Assembly (NCBI RefSeq): GCF_963921235.1
Contig: NC_086118.1
Location: 12,960,001 to 13,024,000 of the forward strand
Direction: 5' to 3'
Source: Mobula hypostoma
Lineage: Eukaryota
DNA: 64,000 nucleotides
Numbering within the stretch: the first letter of the stretch is position 1; each line of letters opens with the position of its first letter. Below the pieces are notes generated by a model, which had not been told where the DNA came from, searched no databases, and worked only from the letters and a program-made list of their open reading frames with translations. Shown piece after piece: positions 1 to 11,459 of this stretch. Both the position numbers and the translations under genes were made by a program.

Positions 1-276
1 CCACAATTCCAGGAAGTTCTTGTCAGTTATGAAGTGGAAATGTTCACTCACCACTTAGCCAAATTGTGTTTTGTCTTTGATTTTAATTTTGTTACGGACT
101 TGCAACTCCTTGATCTTGAAACTTAGTCCTTCAGGTATCCAGACTGAAGGATAAGAATATGCTTGTTCAGAATGGTTCCTGACATCCTCAAATCCATGAA
201 CTGACTGCATCTTAGGGAAATAGCAATGAGTGAAGCAAAGAAATGAAATAACTTTATAATGTTGCACTGTATGCTA

Positions 277-1213
277 CAGTGGCATGCAAAGGTTTGGGCA
301 CCCCGGTCAAAATTTCTGTTACTGTGAATAGCTAAGCGAATAAAAGATGAACTGATTTCCAAAAGATATAAAGTTAAAGATGACACATTTCTTTAATATT
401 TTAAGCAAGAAAACTTTTTTGATTTCCATCTTTTACAGTTTAAAAGTAACAAAAAAGGAAAAGGGCCCGAAGCAAAAGTTTGGGCACCCTGCATGGTCAG
501 TACTTAGTAACACCCCCTTTGGCAAGTATCACACCTTGTGAACTCTTTCTGTAGCCAGCTAAGAGTCTTTCAATTCTTGTTTGGGGGATTTTTGCCCATT
601 CTTCCTTGCAAAAGGATTCTAGTTCTGTGAGATTCTTGGGCCATTTTGCATGCACTGCTCTTTTGAAGTCTATCCACAGATTCCCGATGATGTTTAGGTC
701 AGGGGACTGTGAGGGCCATGGCAAAACCTTCAGCTTGCACCTCTTGAGGTAGTCCATTGCGGATTTTGAGGTGTGTTTAGGTTCATTATCCTGTTGTAGA
801 AGCCATCCTGTTTTTACCTTCGGCTTTTTTACAGATGGTGTGATGTTTGCTTCCAGAATTTGCTGGTATTTAATTGAGTTCATTCTTCCCTCTACCAGTA
901 AATGTTCCCTGTGCCACTGGCTGCAACACAAGCCCAAAGCATGATCGATCCACTTAACAATTGGAGAGGGGTTCTTTTCATGAAAATCTGCACCCTTTTT
1001 GCTCCAAACATACCTTTGCTCATTGCAGCTAAAAGGTTCTATTTTAGCTTCATCAGTCCACAGGACTTGTTTCCAAAATGCATAAGGATTGTTTAGATGT
1101 TTCTTTGAACCTTTTGAATAAAACTTTTGGTAATCAGTTCATCTTCTACTCGCTTAGCTATTCACGGTAACAGAAATTTTGACCAGGGTTGCCCAAACTT
1201 CTGCATGCTACTG
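277..1213 (-). mobile_element. Internally deleted Tc1-family DNA transposon (IR/DR type)
   Basis: TA-flanked inverted termini CAGTGGCATGCAAAGGTTTGGGCACCCC (277) and GGGTTGCCCAAACTTCTGCATGCTACTG (1213), matching over ~85 bp. Inner direct repeat GCAAAAGTTTGGGCACCC near 472-489. Contains a transposase remnant. Confidence 0.93.
497..937 (-). pseudogene. Tc1 transposase C-terminal DD34E remnant
   Basis: QQDNEPKHTS...WPSQSPDLNIIGNLW...EEWAKIP...AKGGVTKY matches Tc1 motifs. The catalytic E of SPDLNPIE reads G and the N-terminal half is missing. Confidence 0.92.
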
Positions 1214-1936
1214 TATGTGTATGTATAAATTGTACATATAAATGAATATAACTCATATACTTAGTAAGCTAATACTATGGCTGATAAATTATTTAACTAT
1301 ATATTGCATGTCCCACAGTGAGACAGATTGATTAGTTAATAAAATATTACCTAATTACAATAAAATCATACATTTTGACTATTGTTTTTTGGTGGTGTTA
1401 CTATAGATTTTAAGTGAATTGGTGTTCTTTCATATTTAGCAAATTAGGTTGACACTGGCAAATGGGAGTTACTTGCAGTAAGTTTCGAATTCTGACTGAA
1501 GTGAGGCTAGCATTACCATAAATGAAGATTGGTGTCATTTGTATTGATATTAGACAGTTTAAAAGGAAGAAAATCTGAGTGTTTTATATAAAGTAAGTTA
1601 CCAATTTAATTAGTTAGGGACTGGACGTAGTCATAATAAAATCAGATATTAGTTGCTTAATGCTTACTACCTTTAAGAACTTTGACCAGGCTATTCTTAA
1701 ACACAACATATTCATCCATTTTACAATATTTTGTCATAACAATTCGAAGAGATGTGCCAATGTGCATGGTTTTACCATTGAGGATGACATGACACTGAAG
1801 AGAGTGTCAAACAAGTAATGTTTTCCTAAAACATTATAGCTAGATCCTGTTCATTGTCTCATTGCTAATTAATGGACATTGCTGTGAACAATTTGCTGTA
1901 TACTACACTGCAATATAAATAAAAAATAAAAAAGTA

Positions 1937-2125
1937 TATGCTGGGAATGCTCACAGATGAGGAAGTTTCTGTGAAGAGAAATGTATCATTCACTCTATCT
2001 TTCAAGGTATCAATGACCTGAAACATTATCTCTGTTCCTCTCTCCATAGCTGCAGCTTGACTTTTGAGTTTCTCCAATATTTTCTGTTTTATTTTGGGCT
2101 TCCATTATCTGCCAATTCTTGCATC
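1937..2125. repeat. Old fold-back of a Penelope-type terminal repeat
   Basis: Arm ATGCTGGGAATGCTCA...CTGTGAAGAGAAA is roughly inverted to TCTCTCCATAGCTGCAG...TGAGTTTCTCCAATAT. Related to 5318-5478 and 47874-48025. Confidence 0.55.
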
Positions 2126-2204
2126 TCATCCTACTTTACACTAGTGACTACACTTTGGTACTTCATCAGTTCAGATATACATTGGTTCTTACTTATTTTT
2201 TTAA

Positions 2205-2447
2205 ACATGGAATAGGCCTTTCCAGACCTTCAAGCTCTCCCACACAACAAACCCCCTGTTTATTGTCACGGGACAATTTGCAATGATCAATAAACCTAGT
2301 AACCTGTATGTCTTTGGACTGTGGGAGAAAACCGAAGCACCTGAAGGAAACCCACGTGGTCACAGGGAGAATGTACAAACTCCTTACAGACTTCGGCGGG
2401 AATTGGTACTGTAAAGTCTTGTGCTAACCACTGTGCTACCATGCCAC
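2205..2447 (-). mobile_element. tRNA-derived V-SINE (HE1-like)
   Basis: Minus strand has a tRNA-like head (GGCATGGTAGCACAGTGGTTAGCAC) and the V-domain GTGCTTCGGTTTTCTCCCACAGTCCAAAGAC. Confidence 0.8.
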
Positions 2448-2690
2448 TCTATATATATCAGGGTACAATGACACATGAGCCCACAAAGTGAATAGTATAC
2501 ATGGTAATAAATGCAACAGTGATGGGCTGTTTTGTGAGCCAATGAGTATAAATAGAGCTTGACATCATAGCATGCAAACTAGGAGATCTCTGGGATGTCC
2601 AGGGAATGTTGCCCTGTCCTCTCCAAATGGTATGAGTGGGATGGGTGCTCTTCTGTATTTTGGCTTGCCATGTGATTTGGGATTTACATC

Positions 2691-3480
2691 TGTAAAGCCC
2701 TAGTTAAGATTTTTACTGCTATGTTGTAGATATTTCGCTTTAGCTGTTCTGTAAGAGCAGTCTGTTCTGCTTATAGTATGTTTGGATTTGAGCTATGAGG
2801 ACTATGTAGTTCAACTTAGGAGTGTTGTGTCAGCCAATCAGGATGGTGGAATTGGGAGAAGGTTCTAGAAAATGCTGCACAGAGAGGCTTTTGTGATGGA
2901 CGCTAGTGTGGGTCGAAGTCTTTTTGGTGGTAGCTGGGAGAAGACAGGAGGGAAGATGGCTGAGGATCCCATCCCTATTGCACAAGGTGCTTTGCGCAGA
3001 TGAATAGCTTCAAGGAGGAAGGACTGTGGAGAAGCCCATTTGTTCGAGGTGGATTTCAAACGATGTTGTGGTGTATGCTTTCATGCAGGCCAGGGGTTCA
3101 GCGTGTGAGTTAAAGACAACTTTAAGATGAGCTCCAACTTATGTGCACATTTGGACTGGGTTAACTGTAATGAGCTCTTTCTATTTTTTTCCTTTTCTTT
3201 TTCCTACTAACTGTTTGATAAAGCGGACATTTGTAAATACAATTTCTTTACAATTGTATGCCATGTACGATCTGTTATTTCTAGCAGATAGCCAATTGCA
3301 GGGTGGCAGTATTTACAGAGTATTCATACAGATCGGGGTTTGGGTGGTTGAGATATCCCAATTTCCCAGTTTTGGTCGGACCCAGGTCATACTGACCCTA
3401 GACATATGGAGTTTGAGAAAGGTAGTTTTCTCACTGCTGAGTCCAGTGTTTGTTAGTGAGGGGTTGGTAAAAAGCTTTCA
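2691..3480. mobile_element. Solo LTR (Gypsy-like), 790 bp
   Basis: TGTAAAGC...GCTTTCA termini. 4-bp target duplication CATC (2687-2690 and 3481-3484). Internal CCAAT box. A related partial copy lies at ~61520-61770. Confidence 0.8.
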
Positions 3481-4356
3481 CATCCTTTCTTAACTCAGAC
3501 AAAATCTCACTGAGAACTCAGGAATTATTAAAAACAACAGAACAGTGCAAAGTATGTATATAGTATTGCAAACTGAAGTAGTTCTAAAAGAAATGCTGAT
3601 GTTACAGTAACAGAAAAAGTGGAATTAAGGTTTTGAGACAGGAAAGAGGTGTGAAAGAAGTGATTAGTTCAGAAGTCTGATAGCAATGGGGAAGAAGCTG
3701 TTGTTAAGTCTGATTTTAAGCTCTTCTGGGCTTTCAAACTCCCGTAACTTCTCCTAGAGGGTGAAAACTGCTTTAAATGTGAATATATTTTCCCAGCCCA
3801 GACAATGAAATATTATAGTAGTTCCTCCTTCCACTTGGAAACTCTCAGTTAGTCTTCGCATGCCTTCCAGCAGACATCAAAACCTCATCCTCCAGGAGAC
3901 GCAAGGGAAGAAGAAAAAGTTCCAGGGAAATGTGCCAGGGATGCAGCCCTGGAAGCAGATCAGAAAGATGAATTCTAACGCTTCTAAGCATAAGGTTATC
4001 CAAATTCATCTATGGTAATGAACTTATTATGTATTTACATATACCATTCTAATGCTCTGGGTCATTAGAAATGGAAATTATAATTGTCAATGGACTGCAG
4101 GTCTTTGGTAGAGATGCTTTGTATAGAAGACTGCAGGCACTGGCAATGTATCATTACTCTCTCTTGATCTGAACTCTAATTAAATTAGTGAACTGTGAAT
4201 ACATATGACATTCCCCAAACTTCCCACAAATGATCCCAAGAGTCATAATAATGTTTAACTGAACTGCTGAACTGCGAGGATGGGGGGGGGGGTTAAGAAA
4301 AGGGAAGGAGCAATTATTTTAATTTCTATATCTATAATCAGTGCTGAAGAATGAGT

Positions 4357-4670
4357 GTAGTGGCGTGACTAGTTGAGCTGCTGTTTCACAGCTCTAGAAA
4401 CTAGGCACTCTTCGTGTGGAATTTGTACATTTTTCTTGCAACTGCATAGGTATCATCTGGGAAGTCCATTGCCTTCCAGTGTCCCGAAGAGAGGCAGGGG
4501 ATATTTAATCTACCACAATTGTATTCCAGTGCATAAATGAGTGGAAGAATAATTGGAGAATGTTTGGGAATATAGAGAGAACACAATGGGATTAGTGCAA
4601 ACAGGTACTTCATGATTGGCATGGATTTGCTGACAGAAAAGGCCTGTCTCCATGCTCGATGATACTGTAC
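4357..4670 (+). mobile_element. Degenerate V-SINE
   Basis: Decayed tRNA-like head (GTGGCGTGACTAGTTGAGCTGCTG..TCACAGCTC), decayed V-domain and CR1-like tail. Confidence 0.55.
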
Positions 4671-5317
4671 CCTAACAGACCATAAATTAATTCAATTCTA
4701 ATAATTTATTGAGCAAGAGACAGGGTGTGAGATAAATACTTAGGGAAAAGGGAAGCCAATGAGCTTTATGACATTAGTGCCAAATGTAATTGAAGACTAA
4801 AGTGGACATGCTTTCTTCCTCCATAAAATTTCCCGAGCATTACAAATTATGCATTGCATTGCTGGGTAGATACTTTGCGCCCTGCTTTTAATACTGATTT
4901 GCCTATGCAGCTGTTACAACAGGATTGGTGGTAATTGGTCCTTCATTTATACACAATTTGTAACTGATCTGCTGTGAAATTATCACACAGTATATTACTT
5001 CAGGAATTGGGAGAGAAATGAACTCTCATTTAAAGCACACTAAAGTATTATCCACAAGGTGAGGAATGGAAGATATTGATTATTTTGAATTTCTTGCTTG
5101 AAGAAAACTAATAAAACTAATGCTTCCATATCCAACAACATGTAAAGTGTGAGGAGAAAATTTGGTGAGAGAAATATTCTCATAAATTCAAGCACTAAAT
5201 GGGTCTTTTTGCATAAAAAAACTGCTCATTTATCTAATTACATTAACAGCAGGTGCTTTGTGGTCATAGGAAGAAGCACTTGGTGCTAATTAACAACGCG
5301 GTAGTTGATTTGTTGAA

Positions 5318-5478
5318 CAACAGGAATTCTTCAGATGCTGGAAATTCAATCAACGCACATCAAAGTTGCTGGTGAACGCAGCATCTCTAGGAAGAGGTGC
5401 AGTCGACGTTTCAGGCCGAGACCCTTCGTCAGTCCTGACGAAGGGTCTCAGCCTGAAACGTCGACTGCACCTCTTCCT
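5318..5478. mobile_element. Penelope-derived fold-back insertion with 14-bp TSD
   Basis: GTTGATTTGTTGAA is duplicated at 5304-5317 and 5479-5492. 44-bp inverted arms 5389-5432 and 5435-5478 have one mismatch. The sequence matches the 3' repeat of GIY-YIG elements at 23760-24400 and 60342-60920. Confidence 0.85.
5430..5467 (+). ncRNA. Minimal type I hammerhead ribozyme motif
   Basis: CAGTC-CTGACGA-AGGgtctcagCCT-GAAA-CG-TC-GACTG: 5-bp stem I, CUGANGA box, stem II, GAAA box, palindromic ACGU stem III, UC cleavage site. Confidence 0.75.
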
Positions 5479-5599
5479 GTTGATTTGTTGAAATTCAGTT
5501 TGAATTCTCTTTCAGTGATAAGTATTTTCAACAAATGTTTAACTTATTCCCTGCTACAGGTTTGGTTATAATTCACATTGTCAATAGTTTTAATACTTT

Positions 5600-6140
5600 T
5601 AATATTTGACCTCCCAAAGTGCATGGTCACACACTGATTGGGATTTAATTCCATTTGTCTCTGCTCCATTCTGCTTTCCGAATGTATGTCCTGTGCATCC
5701 TTACTTAACATTCTTCGCTATCTACAGATCCACCATATGCAATTTGACATGCAAACATTCTAACCATACCACTTACATTCTCATCCAAGTCTTTTATGTG
5801 TGTTCATATATTACAGATTTTTCAGCCAGAAAGCACCCATGCACCTCTATCTATCTTCTGTCACCTATCAACAAGCCAATTTTGAATTCCATTTGACAAT
5901 GTGCCTAGAATCACTTGTGATTTATTCCCCTGGACCTATCAAAAGCGGTATTAAATTCAGATAATCAATATCGATCACTCTGCCTTTCTCAGTTTTCTTA
6001 GTTAGCACTTCAAAAAAGCCAGATTCGTGAGGTATGATCCCCGTGCATTCAATCATGTTGACTCCTGATCGCTCCCAAGCTTTCTAGGTGAACATGAACT
6101 GCCTCGTTCAGAATCTTCTCCAACAACTTCCTGACCAGTG
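5600..6140 (-). mobile_element. Degenerate CR1 LINE RT fragment
   Basis: Decayed similarity to the RT region of the younger CR1 copies in this window (e.g. 52400-53090). Confidence 0.6.
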
Positions 6141-6149
6141 ATCAGAAGA

Positions 6150-7005
6150 AGGACCAGGTTTAGTATCACTGACATATGTTATAGTATCTGTTTGATGGCA
6201 GCAGTACAGTGCAATGCATAAAATTTCAAGGTTACAATAAGAATATATAAACATTAAATAAATGGTGCAAAAGGGGAGTGAAATAGTGAGGTATTGCACA
6301 TGGCTTCACAGACTATTCATAAGTCTGATGGCAAAAGGGTGCTGCTCCTGACTGTGCATCTTCAGACGCTTGATCCTTCTCCCTGACGATAGTAATGAGA
6401 AGAGGACGTGTCCTGGATGGGACGGTAAGGGCCCTTCATGAGGGATACCACCTTCCTGAGGCACTAACTTCTGAAGGTGTCCTCGATGGTGGGGGAGATA
6501 GCACAGGCTCACTCCCTCCCTAATAAAGGAGAAATAGGTGTCTCCACTTTCACAGTGAGTGGGGAGACAAAACAAGCAACTCGCTGGTTTATGATGTTAA
6601 AAGTCTGTTGCGTCGTTTTTCTTTTCGAACTCTGTGCCCAAAGATCTAGGCACACGGCCGTGGATATTCCGACTCCTCTGACGTCACACGGGTCTCCTGT
6701 TGTGACACTGAATTTTGATCCACCCATCTCCTGAGTCCCGAGATCCTAGGCTTCCAAAGCCGAGCCGGACTCTTAGGCGGAGCTCTTGGCATGCCGAACA
6801 ACAACGACCGGTTATGAAACCCCAAGAGCGGGTCCCATTCCTGCAAAGAACCATAGTCAGCATGTAACTCCAGTTCAGGGTCTTCAAAAGAACCCTGAAA
6901 GGGAAAAATAAAGATACTAAAGTTAGAAATGGAGCCGTTTCTGAAGATGCAAACAAAGGAGTCGCCGTTTAGTGCCATCATCACTCTGCTCCGCCGCCGA
7001 GTGAT
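6150..7005 (-). mobile_element. Rex1/Babar-type LINE derivative: putative 5' UTR joined to 3' end
   Basis: The 3' part encodes HPGHVLFSLLSSGRR...PFAIRLMN (Rex1/Babar ORF2 C-terminus). The 5' part is GC/CpG-rich and begins GATGGCACTAAACGGCGACTCC. Confidence 0.6.
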
Positions 7006-8359
7006 GAGTCCATCATTATGCAAGGCCCAGAATAGATCCTCTGATCCACTGATGTTAGGCTCACTGGCCTAATATTTTCTGGTTTATTGCTACTGTATTT
7101 TGTACAAAGAAATAACCTTGTGATGCCTCACCCATGACTAACAAATATGCAAAAATCTCCATCAGAGTCCTAGCAATGTCTTCCCTTGTTTCCTTTAGCA
7201 ATATGGAATAGATCCCATCAGGCTATGTGGATTTATGTACCTGAATACTCTTCAATATTTCTATTGTTTTCTCCTTCCTGATCAAGATATGCTTCAGAAC
7301 TCTAGTATGCTCCTCCTTTAATTCTTTATCCTCCACATCACTGTCCCTGATGAAATACAGTATGATGTAAAATAAATAGTTATTTACCTGGAATTTGCTG
7401 GTATTTAAAACTGAAATCATGCAAGGTAATCAGGATTCCATCTGGTGCAAAAGGAAAAAGAGAAAGTTTCAGGTCACAATGTCCTAACTCAAGTAAAATT
7501 AAAGGCCAAGGCTCAATATGGGAGTGGGAAGGACTGTGAATTTCAGCTACACCCCAACATCTACTAAAATCGCCCAGCCGTGCTCCTGACAATAGATGGA
7601 AGGTTGGGTAAGGAACACTACTGTGTTGCAGAGATGTGTTTTTACTTTCAAATTAAAGAAGTAACTTAATTTCCTTTTGTTGCAGAAAATACACTCAATC
7701 TCACAGAAGTATTAAAAATGCTGACATTAAATCTGGATTGCATTTTTCATCTTTTGTTTACGAACCACCAATTTACAGTATACATATTTTAAATACTGTT
7801 ATGTTTAGCAGTATAATTTATCTTTGACTGTACAGATCCAACACAATTACATTATTGAATCTTCTAACTTTGTTTTTTGAGTGATAGATTTTTATTATTG
7901 CTCTTATAGAACACAAGTGTTGTTATTGTATGTACCATCATTTGGAATTTTTTTCTGCATCCTTGAACACAGCACTTTCACCCAGAAGACTAAAGCAGGG
8001 GTAATCCTTTTGTCAGTAATGGTGTCCCATCTGGAGGTAACATCTTCAAACCATCCTCCTCACCGACATGAGCAAGTATGATGGCCCAAACTCCCCATTC
8101 CTTCCAGTCAATATATTTTCCTTCAGTGATTCAGCACAGATAAAGGTTTACCACATAAGAGTGCAATACCTGATCCATGGAGAGTGGCTTCAGGAATCTG
8201 CAGTGTCTCAGCCACTTGTCAGCATTTATCCTCATGGTAAGAATAATGAGTCAAATCAAGGCTGATGGAAGGACTGAGGAACTGGAAGTAACACTTATTC
8301 AGTTTTTAAAAGCAATCAAGAGTCTGAGAAAATTTTGGAAGACTGGTAGTGTAGTAGTG

Positions 8360-8580
8360 TATGTTGGTAGTGTACTGGTTAACACAGCGCTTTGCAGTAC
8401 CAGTGACATGGGTTCAATTCCTGCCGCTACCTGTAGATTTCCTCTCTGTGCTCTCGTTTCCTCCCATGGTCCAAAGATGTACAGGCTGGTAGGTTAATTG
8501 GCCATTGTAACTTGCCCTGTGTGATTAGGCTAGGGTTAAAACAGGGGGATTGCTATGTGGTGCAGCTTGAAGGGCCTCCT
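8360..8580 (+). mobile_element. V-SINE (HE1-like)
   Basis: tRNA head with B-box GGTTCAATTCC, followed by TTTCCTCCCATGGTCCAAAGATGTAC..GGTAGGTTAATTGG. Confidence 0.75.
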
Positions 8581-9255
8581 CAGGGCTACAGCTCAACAAA
8601 AAGATATAAATAAATTGGATTGGAATAGTGAAAAAAAAACACTGCCAGAGTAAAAATTTTGCAGCATTTCCAAGACTTGGGGTTTGTTATTGCTGAAAAC
8701 ATGGAATGTAATATTTGTCTGGAATCCTGAATGTTATTCCTCCCCCAATCAGTATCATCACAACAGATTATCTGCACCTACTGTGACTTACTCTTTCATT
8801 TGCCAGAAACATTCCAATGATTGTATTTCAAAGGAGATCATCAGCTATAAAAAAATTCTGGCCATTCTGATTTCATGATGTATAGCAAAAATTGCAGTGT
8901 CTTTCATGTTGACTTTTCAATGGTGGCATGCTAATTATAGTTGTCTCTTCCTCTGGGACCCAGATTATAAACGCACAGAACTACACAATAGCTTATCAGT
9001 TGAGAAAGGAAAAATAGCGTTGTGTGAGTCCACTGATAATTAAACATCTCTGAAAAAAAATCATGTAGATATTTGATATTCAAGAAATATTGAACGTCTG
9101 TGATGTCTTTCTGGTGATTTTTTTTTGGTCGTATTTTCAATAAAAATAGAAGTGGAAATTTTTTTCCAAGTTTAAAGAAGGCAGTTTTATGGATCATCTT
9201 AGAGACACAAATTGGTGGCACTTTTGTTTCATTATTCATGACATAGTTTTTGTTG

Positions 9256-9281
9256 GTTGCTATGGCTATTACCAGGGAAAC
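9256..9281. promoter_or_regulatory. Two overlapping RFX X-box-like sites
   Basis: GTTGCTATGGCTAT (9256-9269) and ATTACCAGGGAAAC (9268-9281), compared with consensus GTTNCCATGGNAAC, in non-repeat sequence. Confidence 0.4.
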
Positions 9282-9554
9282 GTGGAGTGGAGTGGTGAGA
9301 GCGTGAGCTTAAGGTTAATAATCGTACGGTCAAATAACTGACTGAAATTTATATGAGTTTGTTTTATATTTAAAATTGTAAGCCTGGAGATACTTGAATC
9401 TGACTAGATATTTGTATTGCATTGGTCAAGTGTGTATCTAATTTTATCTTTATATATTAACATCTATAAGTTTCCACAATCCATTTATATTCAATAATTC
9501 CATTTGCCTTTTTTTTTCAGGGGAACTCTGCTCTAGCCATCATGCCAATTCAGG

Positions 9555-10700
9555 ACATAGGAACATAGAAACTAAGGAAAATAGGAGCCCTTCGAGCCTG
9601 CTTCAACATTCAGTATGATTATGTTTTATATACTTTCTCAATATCATAATCCCTCTCACCCCTACACTTCTCAATATCTTTAGTGCCTAGAAATCTTCCT
9701 ATCCCCTTCTGTAATATATTCACTAATTCACCCATGGACCTCTGAGAAAGAGAACTCCATAGATTCTCAGAGGGAAGGAATATTGTTTCAACTCCATCCT
9801 AAATATCCTGCTTCCTGTGCTAAGACTATGGCCTGCTGTTCAAGATCTCCCAGTGAAAAGATGAGCTTGAATTGTCACATGTACCGTACATCAAAATCTT
9901 CAAAACATATAGTGAAATGAGTCATTTGCGTCATTGAGCAGCACAGTTCAAGGATGTGCTTGAGTTAGCCCACAAGTATCACCATGCTTCTGGAGCCAGC
10001 ATACCATGCCCACAATTTCTTAATTCTAACCCGTACACCTTTGGAATTGAAAGGAAACTGGAGCATCTGGAGAAAACCCATGGGATAACAAGGAGAACTT
10101 ACTTACTGATAGTGGCAGGAATTGAATCCGGATCTTTCAATTGCTGGTACTGTAAAGCATTGTGCTAACCACCACTCTACTGTGCGCCTTTTCCCTGCAA
10201 CAGGTTTGTTGAACCCTGTCGGAATGCTGAATGTTTCATTAAGATTTCCCTTTCTAAACTCTAGTGAATGCAGTCCTAATCAATACAATCTCTCTCGTAT
10301 TGTGTCATTAGCAAACTTAGTTTCCTCATCCAAATCATTGTTAGATGTTATGTACAGAGTAGCTGGAGCTTAAGCATTGATTACTGTACTGCCACTCCAG
10401 TCATTGCCTGTTGCCCTGAAAAAGTCCGATTTCTACCAACCAGTCTTCTGATCTACCAATCAATTTTCAATCTATGCCTGTGTATTTTCCCAATCCTGTG
10501 TGTTTTAATTTTTGCACACTTCTGAAAGAATCTATCAATAGTGTTCTGAAATCCAAATACTACACAATCACTGGTTCTCCCTTATCCACGTTAACAGTGT
10601 TACTTTATCAAAAGCGCCAGTAACTTTTCCAGACATTGCTTCCCTACGTATGTGCTCTCTTGTCTGATCACTTTGAACTTTCCTGAAGGTTGCTATCAAA
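9555..10700 (-). mobile_element. Old CR1 fragments with nested V-SINE (~9865-10185)
   Basis: CR1-type tail (ACATAGGAACATAGAAA) and decayed RT sequence. The nested SINE shows GGAAACTGGAGCATCTGGAGAAAACCCA and a reversed tRNA head. Confidence 0.6.
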
Positions 10701-11459
10701 TTCTGTGTAATCAGCTCTTGCATTTTTTTGTATTTTCTCCCTTTCCTTCCTTAAATATTGACGCCTGGAGGAATCATGGAGACAGAAAAAAACAGAATTA
10801 ATGTTTCAGTTTAATATCGATTCATCAGAATGGAGAAAAGATTGAAAAAAACGATCAACCCAGATTTTGGAGTCCTATCAGTTATTTAAATTCTTTTTTT
10901 TAAATAGAACATTTTCAAAGTAGGCATTAATAGTAAATACAATTTAAAAGGCACAAGATTACATTTAAAGGATAATTAGTTAATGCATTTGTGTAAGAAA
11001 TAATTTAAAAATTGCCAACTTCCTTCAGCAGCTGGCAATTGCAAAGCAAAATGAGATTTCCCTAATTTGTTGGAATTACACAGTCTAATGTTAACAGGCA
11101 GTGACATAAGCATTTCGTAGCAAATTTCTCTGGCAACTAAATTAACTCAGGCTTCATTACACCGGGGGATAAGTGATTTAAATACTGTTATTGCACAGTG
11201 TTCTATCATTCTGCTAGAATAAATTCTGTTACTCTGTTCATTTCTGACTGTATGTTACTGGAAATGCAGCAAAGGTGGAATTAATTCAACTAAGTGGTAG
11301 TTTTATGTCTCATTCAATACAACTATTTAACAGTATATCATGACATGCACTTGAGTTAACTTGACTGCTTCATGAAGACAATTTGAAATGAGGAGCTTTC
11401 CACTTTGAACTTTTTCAAGTGACTGAGAAATTAAGTGGAATAAAACAAACCTTCTTAAG

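Noticed and set aside
8360..8430. tRNA gene
   Set aside because: A/B-box-like head runs directly into a V-SINE body, with no complete cloverleaf. The same applies to the other SINE heads.
8701..8730. RING-like MECNICLES
   Set aside because: Stop codon follows immediately and the remaining ligands are not in register.
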